Virus record (IMG/VR): IMGVR_UViG_3300043256_000348
Coordinates: 28,948-92,947 of that record
Length of the DNA stretch: 64,000 nt
From: a virus
Direction: 5' to 3' (one strand)
Shown: piece by piece, positions 36,202 through 45,629 of the stretch
Numbering within the stretch: position 1 is the first letter of the stretch
How the letters are laid out: every line of letters begins with the position of its first letter
Made by a program: the position numbers and the translations under genes
The notes under the pieces: model-generated
Told to the model about the DNA's origin: nothing
Databases searched by the model: none
What the model saw: only the letters and a program-made list of their open reading frames with translations

Positions 36202-38541
36202 ATGGGTACTGAGAAGGTGGAAGAGAGCAAGAACCGTCCCTTGAGTTGTCCGTGGTGTGGCAGCACAAATACTGAACCTCTCTCTGGTGAGGTAGGTGAA
36301 TGCTACCGTCGCTGCGCCCAATGTAGAAACTTTGTGCCGGTAGATACCCAGAAGCGATTGGAGGCCGAGATCGAGCGGCTACGGAGCAAACTCGCTGCAA
36401 TCGAGGCTGCTAGGATTCGCACAGATAAAGAAGATGCGTTGGAACGATAGCCGCCAAGCCGGGAGGTGAGTGATGGCCGAAACTAATGTTCTCAAACCTG
36501 CCCTGTCGTGCCACTACTGCGGACACGTCATCACTGATCCTGATGAGCAGGCCGATCCGTACCGCAACCCTGATACCGATGAGGCGATGTGCAGCGAGTG
36601 CTACCGTGAGCACTTCGAGTTTAGTTGTTGTTGGTGTAAAGAGAGCGACAACGTGGACGTACAGCACAAGATGCTGGTGATTGAGGACGCATACGACGAG
36701 ATGCCGGAGTGGCGGAAGGGCGTGTACCAGATTGGGCGCCGACCGTACTATGCCGATGGCATGATTGAAATGCACTTAATACAATCGGCCCTCACATGGA
36801 TTGGCAGCGTGCCGGAAACACTGCATATCGAGTATTACCCGTGCGGCCACTTATGCAGCGAGTGCCAAAACAAGATCACAGAAACCGCCAAGGCGGGAGG
36901 TGATGATGACTGAAATACCTGAAGATTTACGGACCATAGCGACGTGTGCAGTTACGGATGGGTGCCCAACTGAGGCCGCCATGCTCGAAAGGGCGGCACA
37001 CGAGATCGAGCGGCTGCGGGAAGCTGCCCTGGCTGGCTTGGCTATCGCAACGATTCACGTTCGTGACGAAGACACGTCCGTAGAGCAAATGCAAGCGGCC
37101 TTGGCGTTACTGAACCGGAATTCTTGGTTAGGCCGGGATGAATCTAAGCCACTCCGTTTTATCCTGGACCGCGTTTGGCCTGATTGGTTGAGACAGCAGA
37201 CACAAGCCTCTGACGCCAAGGCGGGAGGGGATGATGAATGTTGACGAAGCGAAAGCGATAGTCCAGGCGGATATGCCTGATCGTGCTGTAGCTTACAGCG
37301 ATGTTGTTCGGCCTGTAGAAGCTGGTCGTGTACTGATGGCCGAGGTCGAGCGGCTGCGACGGGAACGCGACGTGGCAATTCACGAGGGTGGCCATACGCC
37401 ATCACGAATTGCTTATGGTTATGATGCCGACCGAGACGAAAAGGGATATTTCGTTGATAACGTCTGGGCAGGCAAAGAGTACCTAGACGCGGTTAAGATG
37501 ATTGCCGCCTGTGCGGCGATAGACGCGAAGCCAAGGAAATGGCGACGATGGCCCGCAAAATGAAGGCGCGAGGTTATCACAAGACTGCCCAAGAGGCGGG
37601 AGGTGAGTGATGGCAAATAGAAACTTTAATTTCAACCGGAACCAAGATCAAACCCGCCACCAGATCACGCCACTAGGTGCAGCTATCGTGGAGGCCCTAC
37701 CTAACCGGAAGAAAGTTGCGCAGCTCAAACGAGACTTCAAGCGAAGAGGGGTATGTCCAAGTTCGGCCCTTTTTACTGCGGAAGTCGCAGCTACATGGGC
37801 CGCAAAGGCGGGAGGTGAGTGATTATGTCACAAAAAGAGTTGGAAATAGTCCTTACGGCTACGGGTCCCTTGTTGGCTAAAGGTCCTGTGGAGTGCAGGG
37901 GCTGGGGAGACGGCGGTCAAGATTTGTGTGTCTCAGGCCCCATTGCCAATATCCTGGTTTCACGCAATGGGCAGTCTGAATTCAGCTTGCGTATTCTGGG
38001 CGATGGTCGGTTGATTTTCACGAACTATCGGGGTTTGTACGAGACTACTGTTACACCGAACTTGATGCTGAGGCCAGATCGGCCTTGGGAAACCGCCAAC
38101 GCAGAGGTAAGTGATGTTACGCCGACAGGAGCGTGATGAAATCGTGCGGCGATCACCAGGCCAATGTGCTGGCGGACGTGGCTGTACGTGCTGTCAGCCT
38201 GATTGTGACTGCGGCTGCCGTGACGATTGCCAAGTCTTTCGGCTACAGACTCTACGCCGGCCGGAATGGGTCCGCAAGGCTACAGAGGCAAGAGGTGAAT
38301 GATGAAATGGCAAGAATCGTTGTCGCTCGGTTGTGCTGATTCTACGGAGCAACGGGAGGCATGGGCTGAGATCGAGCAGCTGCAAGGCATCGTGAACGAA
38401 CTGCGAGGCGGCATTGCTGATCTACAGCGACACGTCAAAGCTCGCTCCGAGGATGAGCCCCCGATGTTCATCCCAGCGTCGATGTGTGCCGTCATCGGTG
38501 CCATGCACAAGGTCACTGAAGCCGCCCAGAAAGCTCACTGA
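36202..38541 (+). other. Array of eight small ORFs (starts ~36202, 36473, 36906, 37234, 37610, 37825, 38114, 38302) joined by a conserved SD/start junction
   Basis: Repeated gccaaggcGGGAGGTGAGTGATG junction; shared EIERLR segment. Confidence 0.75.
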
Positions 38542-38554
38542 ACGGACGCGAGGG

Positions 38555-38915
38555 ATGCGAAAGCTCACAGTCGGCAGCCTGTTCGCTGGCATCGGTGGAA
38601 TTAGATCAGGGGAAGACAATGAGTAAATATGATGCATCCCGGATGCGGGATTACGAGGCAGAGTCGTTGTTCGCGGACTGCGACATTATGGGGAGGCCGA
38701 CGCAGCTTCGCCGTAAGATCACTTGCCCGTTTTGCGGCACGAAGGTCGTTGCCTACGTTTGGTCGTTGTCGGGCAGCGGGAAAAAGTGCCCCGGTTGCCT
38801 CGCGCTACATTGCAGTTTCACCACAATACCGCTTTGTAAAGATGCCTCGGGAACGCCGTAGTGCCTGCCGGTGGCCCAGTGGACAGGACAGCGGATTTTG
38901 GAAGCTGAAAAGTGA
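38555..38915 (+). pseudogene. C5-methyltransferase shell (only 5' and 3' ends remain) enclosing ORF 38619..38861
   Basis: [16 protein letters not shown] at 38555 and [23 protein letters not shown] at 38840-38915. Confidence 0.8.
38619..38861 (+). CDS. Zn-ribbon protein
   Basis: CPFCG...SL.GSGKKCPGC. Confidence 0.6.
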   Translation: MSKYDASRMRDYEAESLFADCDIMGRPTQLRRKITCPFCGTKVVAYVWSLSGSGKKCPGCLALHCSFTTIPLCKDASGTP

Positions 38916-38936
38916 ACAGACGCGAGGGACGAAGTG

Positions 38937-39278
38937 ATGGACATCAAGCCAATTAAGACTGACGCCGACTATCGTGCTGCGCTGGGCCGGATACGAGCAC
39001 TGATGGCACTCGACGAGGAACTCGAAGTGCTCTCCGTCTTGGTGCAGGATTACGAGGCCCGACACTGTGCGATTTCCGCTCCTGACCCGATCGCGGCCAT
39101 CAAGTTCCGTATGGAACAGCAAGGGCTCAAGCAGGCGGATTTGGTGCCATATTTTGGCAGTCGCAGCAAGGTTTCAGAAGTGCTCTCCGGCAAGCGGCGA
39201 CTCACACTTTCGGTGATCCGACGCCTCGTTGCTGGCCTGGGAATACCGGCAGCGAGTTTGCTCGGCAAGGAATCTTGA
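38937..39278 (+). CDS. higA: HigA-type antitoxin / XRE HTH regulator (orphan)
   Basis: IKPIKT.ADY..AL.RI; PDPI.AIKFRMEQ.GL.Q.DL....GS.S.VSEVL.GKR.LTL. Confidence 0.88.
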   Translation: MDIKPIKTDADYRAALGRIRALMALDEELEVLSVLVQDYEARHCAISAPDPIAAIKFRMEQQGLKQADLVPYFGSRSKVSEVLSGKRRLTLSVIRRLVAGLGIPAASLLGKES

Positions 39279-39295
39279 TTGAACGGACGCGAGGC

Positions 39296-40348
39296 ATGCG
39301 AAAGCTCACAGTCGGCAGTTTGTTCGCCGGGATAGGCGGAATCGAGCTCGGCTTGGAAATGACCGGCGGCTTCGAGACCGTCTGGCAGGTGGAGAATGAT
39401 AGCTACGCGACGAGAGTTCTTGAAAAGCATTGGCCTGCTGTCAGGCGGTGGGGAGACGTTGCCACGTTTCCTCCCGACGCCGACAAGCAAACAGAATCAG
39501 CACTGCCCGAGCATGATGAGTCGAGGATCGGGATGTCGCCACTATCGCAAGGTACTTCTGCATGGCGCGCCGATCTCATCTGCGGTGGCTTCCCCTGCCA
39601 GCCTGTCTCTTCTGCCGGAAAACGACGGGGCGAAGATGATGAGCGTTGGCTGTGGGACGAAATGCGTCGAGTTTGCGCGATACTCCGACCAACATGGGTG
39701 CTGGCTGAAAACGTCCCAGGGCTACTCTCAGCAAGAGATGTTCGCGGGGCCAGAGGAGCCCTCTTCGGAAGAGTGGTGCGAGACTTGGCCTCGCTCGGGT
39801 ATCGTGTCCGATGGGATTGCATACCGGCTGCCGCCCTTGGTGCCCCGCATATCAGGGACAGGGTGTTCATTGTGGCCAACGCCAGTTCACAAGCCGGGAG
39901 GGGGGTCAGTGATGGATGGTGGGAGCAACAGCAGAAAGGCGGCAAAGGCACGCGGGATGTTTCCGACCCCCTACGGTCTGAGTGCGAATCAGGGGCAGGG
40001 GGACGGGGAGTTCGGCAAGGCGATTCGGAGGTGGCCGACGCCCTGCAAGAGCGATGCGATGGGAGGGGCGGCGTATACCAAGCCACCAGGGCGTCAAGGT
40101 GCTTTTCTGCTAAAGGAAGTCATTCGTGGGGCACTCAATGCAGACTGGGTATCCATCCTCATGGGCTTTCCAGCGGATTGGACGGATGTGGAGGATGGGA
40201 GTGTGGAATCCCAAGAACAGTGAAGGGGCAGAAGAATCGGGTGGACAGACTTAGATGCTTAGGTAATGCGGTGGTTCCTTTCGTAGCACAATACATCGGA
40301 GAAAGGATACTGAAATGGCACTTAGCCCACACACACGGACACGATTGA
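39296..40348 (+). CDS. DNA (cytosine-5) methyltransferase, large chain
   Basis: [30 protein letters not shown]. Confidence 0.92.
   Translation: MRKLTVGSLFAGIGGIELGLEMTGGFETVWQVENDSYATRVLEKHWPAVRRWGDVATFPPDADKQTESALPEHDESRIGMSPLSQGTSAWRADLICGGFPCQPVSSAGKRRGEDDERWLWDEMRRVCAILRPTWVLAENVPGLLSARDVRGARGALFGRVVRDLASLGYRVRWDCIPAAALGAPHIRDRVFIVANASSQAGRGVSDGWWEQQQKGGKGTRDVSDPLRSECESGAGGRGVRQGDSEVADALQERCDGRGGVYQATRASRCFSAKGSHSWGTQCRLGIHPHGLSSGLDGCGGWECGIPRTVKGQKNRVDRLRCLGNAVVPFVAQYIGERILKWHLAHTHGHD
39396..40223 (+). CDS. Overlapping +1-frame polypeptide carrying MTase motif IX (small-subunit-like; true start probably internal)
   Basis: WPRSG, repeated (W/F)[20 protein letters not shown]. Confidence 0.65.
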   Translation: MIATRREFLKSIGLLSGGGETLPRFLPTPTSKQNQHCPSMMSRGSGCRHYRKVLLHGAPISSAVASPASLSLLPENDGAKMMSVGCGTKCVEFARYSDQHGCWLKTSQGYSQQEMFAGPEEPSSEEWCETWPRSGIVSDGIAYRLPPLVPRISGTGCSLWPTPVHKPGGGSVMDGGSNSRKAAKARGMFPTPYGLSANQGQGDGEFGKAIRRWPTPCKSDAMGGAAYTKPPGRQGAFLLKEVIRGALNADWVSILMGFPADWTDVEDGSVESQEQ

Positions 40349-40665
40349 TACATCGGAACGGGAAAAAGGTGCGTGCCCATCGGTGGATTATGGAGCAACA
40401 TCTCGGCCGCTTGCTCAGATCAGACGAGCATGTTCACCACAAGAACGGAGACCCGCTCGACAATCGTCTGGAGAATCTTGAGGTATTGACATGCAATCGC
40501 CACATGCGGCTGCACAAGCAGGTGTACCCAGATGTCAAGGCATGTGCGAATTGCGGACGGGTATTCACTGTCAACCCGCGAAAGCGCAAGCGACACAAAT
40601 GCTGCTCGCCTAAATGTGCGCTGGCGATGCGAATTGCTGGCCGCCAGCGACAGGCCGCAGCGTAG
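40315..40665 (+). CDS. HNH homing endonuclease
   Basis: AHRWIME..LGR.L...[16 protein letters not shown]; C-terminal CANC...CCS..C. Confidence 0.88.
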   Translation: MALSPHTRTRLIHRNGKKVRAHRWIMEQHLGRLLRSDEHVHHKNGDPLDNRLENLEVLTCNRHMRLHKQVYPDVKACANCGRVFTVNPRKRKRHKCCSPKCALAMRIAGRQRQAAA

Positions 40666-40718
40666 TGCCCCAAGTGGCACAGTGGATCGGGCAACGGATA
40701 CTGGAAGCTGAAAAGTGA
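40662..40718 (+). pseudogene. Displaced original MTase 3' end
   Basis: Translates [18 protein letters not shown]. Confidence 0.75.
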
Positions 40719-40838
40719 ACGGACGCGAGGGACGAATGTATTGCAGCCACCGGTCACTTCGGCTATACTGGACGCGGGAGGACTGAGCCGTGATACCGCG
40801 GCCGAGGGGGCATCTGGAACACGCATAGGGAATCGGAA

Positions 40839-41483
40839 ATGGCCGACGAGTGGAAGCATAAGCGATCGGTAGCGAGTGCCCAGCGGCAGAAGGACATTGC
40901 CGAGGTGGCGGAGTTGCATCGGCAGGGCCTGACCTTCCGAGAGATAGCTGCCCGACGCGGCCGGGCCGTGCAGTGGGCGTGGCGTCGATACCACGAGGCA
41001 CTCGCGCAGTGGCGGGAGGACTCGACGCAGGCGGTCGCCGACCTGACGGCAGAGATCAACTCGCAGCTCAAGCTGGTGCAGAGGGAAGCGTACGCGGCAT
41101 GGGAGCGGTCGAAGGTGGACCAGGAGCGGAGGCGGGCGAAGAAGCGGGCGGGCCCGCCGACGATCGGCGAGGACGGCAACCCGATCAAGGGCAAGTTGAT
41201 CGACACCGTGGAGGAGACTGAGGTCCGGAAGCGGGACGGCGACCCCCGACACCTTGACGTGGCGCTGAGGGCCGTCGAGAAGCGGATGCGGCTGTTCGGG
41301 CTGGATAAGCAGACGCACGAGGTCGGCGGGAAGGACGGCCAGCCGATCAACCTATTCCAACTGTTGCTGCAAGCCCCATCCGAGCCCGCGACGGTGGTCG
41401 GCGAGGACGGCGAGGAGCACGTGATCGAGGTCAAGTCACTGCCGGCCCCGGGTGGGAACGGCGACGGTTTCGAGGACCTGTAG
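40839..41483 (+). CDS. terS: Terminase small subunit (HTH)
   Basis: HTH GLTFREIA; GDPR.L...R..LFGLD; EVGGKDGQPI; upstream of TerL. Confidence 0.72.
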   Translation: MADEWKHKRSVASAQRQKDIAEVAELHRQGLTFREIAARRGRAVQWAWRRYHEALAQWREDSTQAVADLTAEINSQLKLVQREAYAAWERSKVDQERRRAKKRAGPPTIGEDGNPIKGKLIDTVEETEVRKRDGDPRHLDVALRAVEKRMRLFGLDKQTHEVGGKDGQPINLFQLLLQAPSEPATVVGEDGEEHVIEVKSLPAPGGNGDGFEDL

Positions 41484-41497
41484 AAAGGGGACGCGAG

Positions 41498-41884
41498 ATG
41501 AACAGACTCTATTTATTACTGGCGGTCGTGTGGGTGGTTGCCATTGCGGGCATCTTCGGGACAGGCTTTGCTGTTGGCAGGGCAACAACGACGCGGCCGT
41601 TCGTCTGGCAGTGGGACTCGCATGGGCCGGGGATCGAGCTGGTGCCGTATTCCGCGGTTGAGCAAGATGAGCGAGGCTGGTCGGCGCAGCCTCCCATCGC
41701 GACCAAGGACATCGAGGACGTGGAACTCATGCTGGTCACTGCTCGCCGCTGGGACATTCGCTGGCGGGACACGGACGAGGGCGAGGGCTTCATGCTGTGG
41801 GATGGCACCACCTTACAGTACGACGGCGATCCCCACGACCTGTGGTTTAGGCTTGTCGAGTACCATCCACCGGAGGTTAAGTGA
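41498..41884 (+). CDS. Membrane-anchored hypothetical protein
   Basis: N-terminal TM helix. Confidence 0.55.
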   Translation: MNRLYLLLAVVWVVAIAGIFGTGFAVGRATTTRPFVWQWDSHGPGIELVPYSAVEQDERGWSAQPPIATKDIEDVELMLVTARRWDIRWRDTDEGEGFMLWDGTTLQYDGDPHDLWFRLVEYHPPEVK

Positions 41885-42261
41885 TGGGTCGCAACGGATG
41901 GGAATGGTATCTGAGACCTGCACTGGGGGCACCTCAGGTTTATACGGCAGAAGTGCCGGCGAGGTTTCAGCCCCCGAAAACATCGCCCCCGCCAGCCCCT
42001 CCGCCACCACCGCCCCCGCCGCCAAAAATGTCTAAGGTCGGTGCAGCGATGGGGAAATTCGCCGGTGCCATGGGGAAGTGCGGCGTTTCCACAGCGGAAG
42101 CGGCGGCACTGTTTCAGCAGATCGCGGCGGCCGCTCCATCATTGGAGTCCATGATGGCCGAACCAGTTGACGAGACACCCGAAGTAGAGCAACCCCAGCC
42201 GGAGAAGCACGCCGACTTCCTGAACACCAAGCGCAGCATCCGGGTGGACGATGGCGACTGA
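41884..42261 (+). CDS. Pro-rich hypothetical protein
   Basis: Poly-Pro run; overlaps the TerL start. Confidence 0.5.
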   Translation: MGRNGWEWYLRPALGAPQVYTAEVPARFQPPKTSPPPAPPPPPPPPPKMSKVGAAMGKFAGAMGKCGVSTAEAAALFQQIAAAAPSLESMMAEPVDETPEVEQPQPEKHADFLNTKRSIRVDDGD

Positions 42262-44062
42262 AGGCGTGCAGCAGCTCGCGGCGGCTCTCTCTTCATTCCG
42301 CGACAAGCCCGTCGAGTTCATGCGGCGGCTCTGGCCCGGGGTCAAGCTCTGGAAGAAGCAGCAGGAGATAGCCGAGTCGGTCGCCGGGAACTACGGGACG
42401 ATCGTGCATTCGGCGATCGAGACGGGCAAGGGCTTCATCGCGGCGCGGCTGATCCTGTGGTTCTACGCCACGCGGTTCCCCTGCAAGGTCGTGGCCACGT
42501 CGATCACGGCCCCGCAGCTACGGGACTCATTGTGGGGTGAGATCGACTCGGCACTTCGGCAACAGGCGGCCGGAGCGGACGGGGAGAAGATCACGCGGCC
42601 GGACGGCGAGCCCGTCACGGTCAAGGAACTGTTGGGCATCGACGTAATTCACATGGAGCTTCGGCGGCTCGACGAGAAGGGGCAGCCCCACGGCAACGAC
42701 TGGGTACGGCTTCGCGTAGCGAAAGACGTAGAGGGGATGCACGGGATACACCTTCCGCCCCTACCGGACGGCGGGCCGACAGTGTTTATCCTACTGGACG
42801 AGTGCTCCGGTATTTCCGACAAGTTCATCGACGCCCTGAAGGGGCAGGCCCACGTGATACTGGTACTCGGCAACCCGTTGAACTTGGCCGGGCAGTTCGC
42901 CCGGATGATCCGGGCGGGCAGTCAGTGCGACCCCTTGCATCCCGGTCGGTGGCGGTGGTACGTGATCCACATCGATGGCATCCGAACGCCGAACGTGGCC
43001 ACAGGGATGAAGTGGGATCGGCTGGGACGGAAGGGCCCGCTGCCGTCGCCGCCGATACCGGGGATCATGTCCTATCCGTCCTGGCTGGCATACAACGACG
43101 AGTGGGACGACTACAACATCACGACGCGGCTGCGGGGGCGGCTGCCGGAGGGTGACGAGACGCGGGTGGTGGTGCCGCGGGTCTGGCTTGACCGGTCGTT
43201 CCTGGCGTGGGACGAGATCGACCCGAAGTGGCGGCGGGAGAACTTGGCCCGGTGGATGGGCGTCGACGCCTCGCACGGCCGCGGCGATCTAGCCGTGTGG
43301 TGGGTGATCGACGCCCTGGGGACGGTGGACGTGCGGGCGATGGACCCGGAGGCTGCCAAGGACAAGGAATACGGCCAGCCGGATACGGTGAAGATGCTGG
43401 AACTGACGCAGGATTTAATGCAGGAGCACGGCATTTCGCCCGGCCGGGTGGCGGTGGACGCGGGCGGGGGCGGGCAGGACGCGATCGGCGACCCGCTGAG
43501 GCGGGAGGGCAAGGTCGTGCAGCTTGTGGACTTCGGGGCGGCCCCGTCGAAGAGCAGGAGGCGGCAGTACACCAAACGCCGATCGGAGCTGTACGGGCTG
43601 CTGGCCGAGGCGTGCAACCCGACGAAGTGGCGGCGGCTTGAAGGCGACGACGGGAAGCCCGGCCGCTGGGAGGTGTGCTTCGCCATGCCGGCGACGGGGC
43701 CGGTGGGGGAGCAGTGCCAGGCTCTGGCCGACGAGCTGCCGATGATCCCCAAGCTGTACGACCGCGAGGGGAAGATGTACCTGCCGCCGAAGTCCAAGCG
43801 GGCGCCGGAGTCGAAGGAGCAGACTTTGCGGGAGATCCTGGGGCACTCGCCGGACCGGTCGGACGCGGCCGCCCTGGCAGTCTGGGCGATGCGCGGCGGT
43901 ACTGGGACGCCCACCGTATCGCGGTCGCTGGTTCTAACAGAGGAGGAGCCCGGCGGCGATGAGCCGGAGCGGTCGGACCTTGTCGAGCGGATATTCGGAC
44001 CGGCGACGGAACCAGGCAGGGGCGACCGGCCGTGGACGCAGGACGACTTCTGGGGCGAGTGA
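42251..44062 (+). CDS. terL: Terminase large subunit
   Basis: Q..I; SAIETGK Walker A; LLDE; LGNP; MGVD; VDAGGGG; SPDRSDA. Confidence 0.9.
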   Translation: MATEGVQQLAAALSSFRDKPVEFMRRLWPGVKLWKKQQEIAESVAGNYGTIVHSAIETGKGFIAARLILWFYATRFPCKVVATSITAPQLRDSLWGEIDSALRQQAAGADGEKITRPDGEPVTVKELLGIDVIHMELRRLDEKGQPHGNDWVRLRVAKDVEGMHGIHLPPLPDGGPTVFILLDECSGISDKFIDALKGQAHVILVLGNPLNLAGQFARMIRAGSQCDPLHPGRWRWYVIHIDGIRTPNVATGMKWDRLGRKGPLPSPPIPGIMSYPSWLAYNDEWDDYNITTRLRGRLPEGDETRVVVPRVWLDRSFLAWDEIDPKWRRENLARWMGVDASHGRGDLAVWWVIDALGTVDVRAMDPEAAKDKEYGQPDTVKMLELTQDLMQEHGISPGRVAVDAGGGGQDAIGDPLRREGKVVQLVDFGAAPSKSRRRQYTKRRSELYGLLAEACNPTKWRRLEGDDGKPGRWEVCFAMPATGPVGEQCQALADELPMIPKLYDREGKMYLPPKSKRAPESKEQTLREILGHSPDRSDAAALAVWAMRGGTGTPTVSRSLVLTEEEPGGDEPERSDLVERIFGPATEPGRGDRPWTQDDFWGE

Positions 44063-44153
44063 GCACTTAATGAATTATTACGTTGTGTCGGAAGTTATTG
44101 CTGCGGCGGTACTTGCGGCATGGTTTCCCGGGGTGCACGAAAGGAGATTACGA

Positions 44154-44942
44154 ATGTATGAGCGATTTACTGATGAAGCGAGGGCTGTCATGCAGTCAGC
44201 TAAGAAGGAAGCACAGCGGTTCAATCATGAGTTCATCGGGACTGAGCACATCCTGCTGGGACTGATTACGGATAGCGACGGTCAGGCGGGCCAGGTGCTG
44301 AAAACCCTTGGGGTCGATCTACGAACAATCCGGCTGGAGACGGAGAAGCTGATACCGGCAGGCCCCTCTGTGATCCGCCTGCCAGAGCATGTACCGCTCA
44401 CGCCGCGGGCGAAGTCTGTCATCGCTATAGCAGGGGCAGCCTGTGACCATAATCGCCATCGCGTGAAAGCAGGGCATCTCTTAATAGGGCTGCTCGCCGA
44501 AACGGAGGGCGTGGCCGCCCAAGTGCTGATGAACCTGGGGCTGAAGCTCGAAGAGGTCCGCGAGGAAGTTTGGGCGATGGCTGACGTGCACGAAGGTACG
44601 GAGACAAATACATGGAACAAAGCTGAGGCATTAGTCGTTAGCAATTGCCAAGCAGCACGCCAGCGAGCCGAGCTAGGGGTTGTTCTCCACGATCGATGGC
44701 AGACAAGGGCAGGCTGGCCGTATGCGAACGCGGAGTCGAACTGTCTAGGGGCCATCGAACCAGGCGGGGTGGACGGTTTGGACCACTCTGGTTTCGTCGT
44801 GCTCGGCGCACTTCGGGCCCTGACGGTGAGCGAGGGCGGGGCCACGCTGGGTGAGTTGGCCGAGGTATTGGGGTACTTGCCCTTAGCGGTAAGGGGTGAA
44901 CTCCACTGCCTGGAACATCGCGGCTGGGTTGAACGAGCCTGA
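44154..44942 (+). CDS. Clp N-terminal repeat domain protein fused to a wHTH-like tail
   Basis: MYERFTD.AR.VM..A..EAQRFNHEFIGTEHILLGL...TPRAK...HLLIGLL.E.EGVAAQVL.NLG; no ATPase domain. Confidence 0.85.
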   Translation: MYERFTDEARAVMQSAKKEAQRFNHEFIGTEHILLGLITDSDGQAGQVLKTLGVDLRTIRLETEKLIPAGPSVIRLPEHVPLTPRAKSVIAIAGAACDHNRHRVKAGHLLIGLLAETEGVAAQVLMNLGLKLEEVREEVWAMADVHEGTETNTWNKAEALVVSNCQAARQRAELGVVLHDRWQTRAGWPYANAESNCLGAIEPGGVDGLDHSGFVVLGALRALTVSEGGATLGELAEVLGYLPLAVRGELHCLEHRGWVERA

Positions 44943-44954
44943 CTGCGACGCGGA

Positions 44955-45031
44955 GGGGGGGTATTTCTAAAATACCCCCCAGTCAAGTCGTTGCACCGCA
45001 TGGGGTTGCGTCGCTAAATTCCCTCTAATTA
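44955..45031 (-). repeat. ~75 bp long-range inverted repeat, copy 2
   Basis: Reverse complement aligns to 16652..16725. Confidence 0.85.
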
Positions 45032-45112
45032 AACCCACCTGTTTCGGCCCTCACTGGCCCGCCCGCCCAGTTCGTCTTGCCTCAGCTTGGACGCGGGGCT
45101 ACATTATATCTT

Positions 45113-45406
45113 ATGTGGCGGGTACTGGAACCGATGCTGCGGTGGCTGAACCGGTACCGGGCCTCGTCCGGGGAGCGGCGTCTGGCCCGGCAGGTTGCCC
45201 GGCTGGAGTCTGCCCTGGACGAGGCGCGGGCCGAGGCGGAGGCACGGGCGAGGGCCGCCGAAGGGAGGGCCACGCTGGCGGAGCAGGCGGCGGACGCCAA
45301 GCAGGAGGAGCTGAAGGTGCTGACGGCCTCGAACGAGCGAATCCGCGCCCTGTACGAAGCAGACACCGCGGAGGCGGCTAGGCGGATCGCCGGGAAAGGG
45401 GACTAA
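45113..45406 (+). CDS. Coiled-coil hypothetical protein
   Basis: Ala/Glu/Arg-rich heptads. Confidence 0.55.
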   Translation: MWRVLEPMLRWLNRYRASSGERRLARQVARLESALDEARAEAEARARAAEGRATLAEQAADAKQEELKVLTASNERIRALYEADTAEAARRIAGKGD

Positions 45407-45430
45407 CAACGTACATAGGAGGACGAGGTG

Positions 45431-45625
45431 ATGCTCGAAGAAGTGGTTCCTGAACTGGGGAAGGTTTTGGACAGACTGGCAAACACAGATGAGGGTCTGG
45501 CACTAACAGACGACTTGGCGACCTTGCTCGCGAGACTTTATCAGTCGCTCGTAGGGAAAGGCATTCTTGCCGAACACGCTGCCATGATGGTGTCGGGCTT
45601 CGCACGTAGTACCAGTGGGAAGTGA
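45431..45625 (+). CDS. Small hypothetical protein
   Basis: GGAGG/GAGG SD. Confidence 0.5.
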   Translation: MLEEVVPELGKVLDRLANTDEGLALTDDLATLLARLYQSLVGKGILAEHAAMMVSGFARSTSGK

Positions 45626-45629
45626 GCCC

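Noticed and set aside
35463-38541. CRISPR array
   Set aside because: Repeats are degenerate SD/start junctions separated by coding ORFs hundreds of nt long; no cas genes.
38539-40735. Diversity-generating retroelement (TR/VR pair)
   Set aside because: No reverse transcriptase in the window, and the differences between repeats are not adenine-specific.
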